Assembly: GCF_030684315.1 (NCBI RefSeq)
Contig: NC_081359.1
Span: 71,734,604 to 71,798,603, forward strand
Direction of reading: 5' to 3'
DNA: 64,000 nucleotides
DNA from: Stegostoma tigrinum
Lineage: Eukaryota
Position numbers and translations under genes: made by a program. The notes under the pieces are model-generated. The model made no database searches, was not told the DNA's origin, and was given only the letters and a program-made list of their open reading frames with translations. Below are positions 60,995 to 64,000 of this stretch, piece by piece (position 1 is the stretch's first letter; each line of letters starts with the position of its first letter).

Positions 60995-62125
60995 CCTACT
61001 TTGACAAGGTCTTGCATGGCAGACTGGTTAACTCATTAAGAATCCACAGGATCCAGGTCAGTTTAACAAATTGGATCCAAAACTGGCTTACTGTCAAGAA
61101 GTAGAGGATAATAATCAAAGAGTTTTTTTGTAACTGGAAGACTGTGTTCAGTGGTGTACCACAAGGTTCGGTGCTGGATCCCTTGTTATTTGTTGCATAC
61201 ATTAATGATCTGGCATGAATGTAAGAGGTAGGATCAGTAAGTTTGCAGATGATACAGAATTGATGGTTTGGTAAACAGTAAGGCAGAAAATCTTGGACTA
61301 CAGGATGATATAAACAATCTGGTCAGATGGGCTGAACAAGGGCAGATGGCATTTAATCCTGCGAAGTTTGAGTCGATGTGTTTTGGAAGTACTAGCAAGA
61401 CTTGGAGGTGAACATTGAATGGTAGGACCTTAACAAATACAATGGGTCAGAGGGATGTTGGTATGCATGTCCAAAGATTCTTGAACGCAGCAGAACAGGT
61501 GAGTAAGTTGGTTAAAAAGGCAAAGGGAATACTTGCCTTTCTTAGTCAAAAAAGGAGGTTATTATGGAGCTGTATATAATAATAATTAGGCCTTAGCTGA
61601 AGTACTATGTGCAGTTCTGATTGCTGTGCTATAGAAGGATGTGATTGTATGCGAGAGAATGCAGAAGAGATCCACCAGTATGTCGCCTGGGATGGAGTGA
61701 TTCACTATGAAGAGAGCCTAGACAAGCTAAGGCTAGAACATAGAAGGCTGACGGGGATCTAATTGAGGTGTATAAAGTGCTGAGGGGCATAAATAGGATA
61801 GATAGAGAATAACCTTTCAACTTGGTAGAGGAATCAATAACAAAGGAACGTATTTTATTATAAGCAGCAAGACATTTAGAGGGGATTTGAAAACAATTTC
61901 TTCCACCCAAAGACTGTGGGCAAATGGAACTCACTGTCTGAGACAGTGGTAGAAGTGAGAAGCCTCAAGATATTGAAAAATATTTTTATGAACTCCTAAA
62001 ATGCCATAGTGCATGAGGCTATGGCCTAAATGCTGGAAAATGGGATTGGAATAGATGAATATTTAATGACCAGCACAAACACAAGGGGCTGAAGGGCCTC
62101 TTTCAATGCTGTTAAAACTCTAAAA
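60995..62125 (+). mobile_element. CR1 ORF2 3' half, decayed
   Basis: FDKVLHGRL, SGVPQGSVLDPLLFVAYIND, KFADDT, GDLIEVYK; tail gctgaagggcctctttc. Confidence 0.9.
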
Positions 62126-62182
62126 CAAATTCTCTCTATTGCTTAGACGTGCAGGATATTCCTGGAAATTAGACCTTTCCAA

Positions 62183-62530
62183 TGGGTGGCATGGTGGTTC
62201 AGTGCTTAGCACTTCTGCCTCACAGTGTCAGGGACCCAGGTTTGATTCCACCCTTGGGTGACTCGCTGTGTGGAGTTTGCACATTCTCCCCATTTCTGTG
62301 TGGGTTTCCTGTGGATGCTCTGGTTTCCTCCCATAGTCCAAAGATGTGCAGGCTAGGTAGAAATAGCCATGTTAAATTGCCCATAGTATTCAGGGCTGTC
62401 TAGATTTGATGCCTTAGCCATGGGAAAGGCAGGGTTACAGGGAATGGGTCTGAGTCGGGTGCTCTTCAGAGGGCCAATGTGGACTTTTGGGCCAGAGGAC
62501 CTGTTTCCCCAATGTACGGATTCTATGAAT
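62183..62530 (+). mobile_element. HE1-type V-SINE
   Basis: gggtggcatggtggttcagtgcttagcac... V-domain ... ggattctatga. Confidence 0.88.
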
Positions 62531-64000
62531 TACAGCCAAACAAAACATAACAGTATGTCAACAGCTGATACAGACCTAGTACTTGAGGCTTACTTCTTTT
62601 TTATGTTTCCTTCCATTAGAGGTTTAATGAGAATTTCCAACTTTCTGATAAGAGGTTGTGAATTGCATGATTTGCCCTCATCCTGTAGTGTACTGAGTAC
62701 CAAACCCCAGTTCCAGGATCAGTTGATTAAAGTGAGCTCTCTACACGGATTTCCCCTCTCAGCAGGCAAGCAGACAATGGCTTGTTTTTGCAGGATTCAA
62801 ACTCCACAAGAAGTAAAACCATAGTAATGAAGCCAGTGAGGTGGGACAAGTTGTCTGACCTCATTTTACTATCAGGATCTCACTTGGTAGGGCACTAAGA
62901 AGTTAGCCTTCAGCATTGAACCAACCTTGTTGAAATCATAGAATCCACATGAGGGTGGGGTTGGGTAAATTTTCCTCCAAATGTTGCTTTGGAAAATTTT
63001 AGAGCCAAGCAAATATTCATATAAATTAAAGGTTAAGACTATGATGAAAATCTCAAAATATTGGGCTAATTTCTTCACAGATTAGAAAGGAACATGAACT
63101 AAAGATTGCAGTCTAGAAATTAATTTGTGCTGACTTTCCAAACTCTGTGTTTAAATGCATTGCTATAAAGCCTGAATCATCTTCAAATAAGAACATCTCC
63201 CCTCTGCTGCAAAAAATGCAGTGTGAGTCTCTCCAGAATGTACAGGTTATGATCTTCAGAATATGCAGTACATGACCCCTCACCAAAATAGTCACCCTGT
63301 GTGACACATTTGAAATACAGTCTGTAACATGCCCTTGTATGTAATATGTAGGCTGTGACATTTCCCCCAGAATAGGCAGCCCGTGACACACCCAGGATAT
63401 GCACCTTGTGACCCTTCCCTCCTCTCCGATGTCCATACATTTCAAGTTCCTCACCACCACCATTTAAAACACACACCTCCAACAGTAGTAAATGCAATCC
63501 AACATTATACTGAGGATAATATACAGGCCCACTTCAACATCTGCATCAGAAAAGTTCCGGATACCTTTTAATAGCATGCACCCATTTGGGGAGCAGTGCA
63601 TTTCCGACTCATCCTGAGCATTTTCTGTCCATCATTTTTGAGGCTTAAACTGCAGTTTAGCATCCTAAAACTAGAAAGTAGAGCCATTAATTTTTTATGC
63701 CTGTTGTGAAAAAAATGAAGGGGAGCTTACACAAAATAGTTAATGTTACCTCAGGCTGAATTTTCAGTCCCACCTCTCCTGCAGATGTTGGGTTTGAGGT
63801 GGGAGAACCCGGAAATTGCCAATGTGTTATTTAGAGCCACGATTCCCAATATTCATCAGGGCAAGGCAGCAATTTTCCCGTCTCTCCCGGGAGCGTGGGT
63901 TATAGTACTGTTCTTTGATGATCAGCTGGAGGGAGGCAGATATAGAGCATGAAATGAGTCATGGTTACTCAAGGAACTATCCAGGCCCCATAAAAGGGTC

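Noticed and set aside
63113-63571. Overlapping ~100-aa ORFs near the window end
   Set aside because: No recognisable motifs or clear splice structure; possibly an old transposon relic but unsupported.
1-64000. Prokaryotic-type systems (CRISPR arrays, operons, defence islands)
   Set aside because: The window is vertebrate intronic/intergenic DNA with no regularly spaced repeat-spacer array or dense gene packing.

Overview
This is eukaryotic, repeat-dense vertebrate DNA, inferred to be shark/elasmobranch from its HE1 V-SINEs, HER1-like CR1 LINEs and a SacSINE1-like Deu-domain SINE. The only host gene I can support is the 5' end of ARHGAP20 on the minus strand: a CpG-rich promoter at ~25.8-27.6 kb, coding exon 1 at 27051-26959 and exon 2 at 19550-19465. 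Positions 1-19464 appear to be intron 2, and everything right of ~27.6 kb is upstream intergenic DNA. The rest is mostly decayed retroelements (CR1, L2, RTE, tRNA-derived SINEs, Penelope relics) plus Harbinger Myb/SANT relics. Four things stand out. (1) A young, 5'-truncated but frame-intact Neptune-type Penelope-like element (RT + GIY-YIG) carries a minimal hammerhead ribozyme and sits almost exactly at the predicted cleavage site of an older hammerhead-bearing short element, which is itself inside a CR1 with a 10-bp TSD. (2) A dispersed set of short, often palindromic, TSD-flanked hammerhead elements. (3) Two copies of a LINE whose 5' end is a tRNA-like SINE head joined directly to the endonuclease region. 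(4) A perfect 44-bp locally templated insertion. All family assignments are from recalled motifs by eye, no searches were run, and repeat boundaries are approximate unless a TSD or splice site is given.
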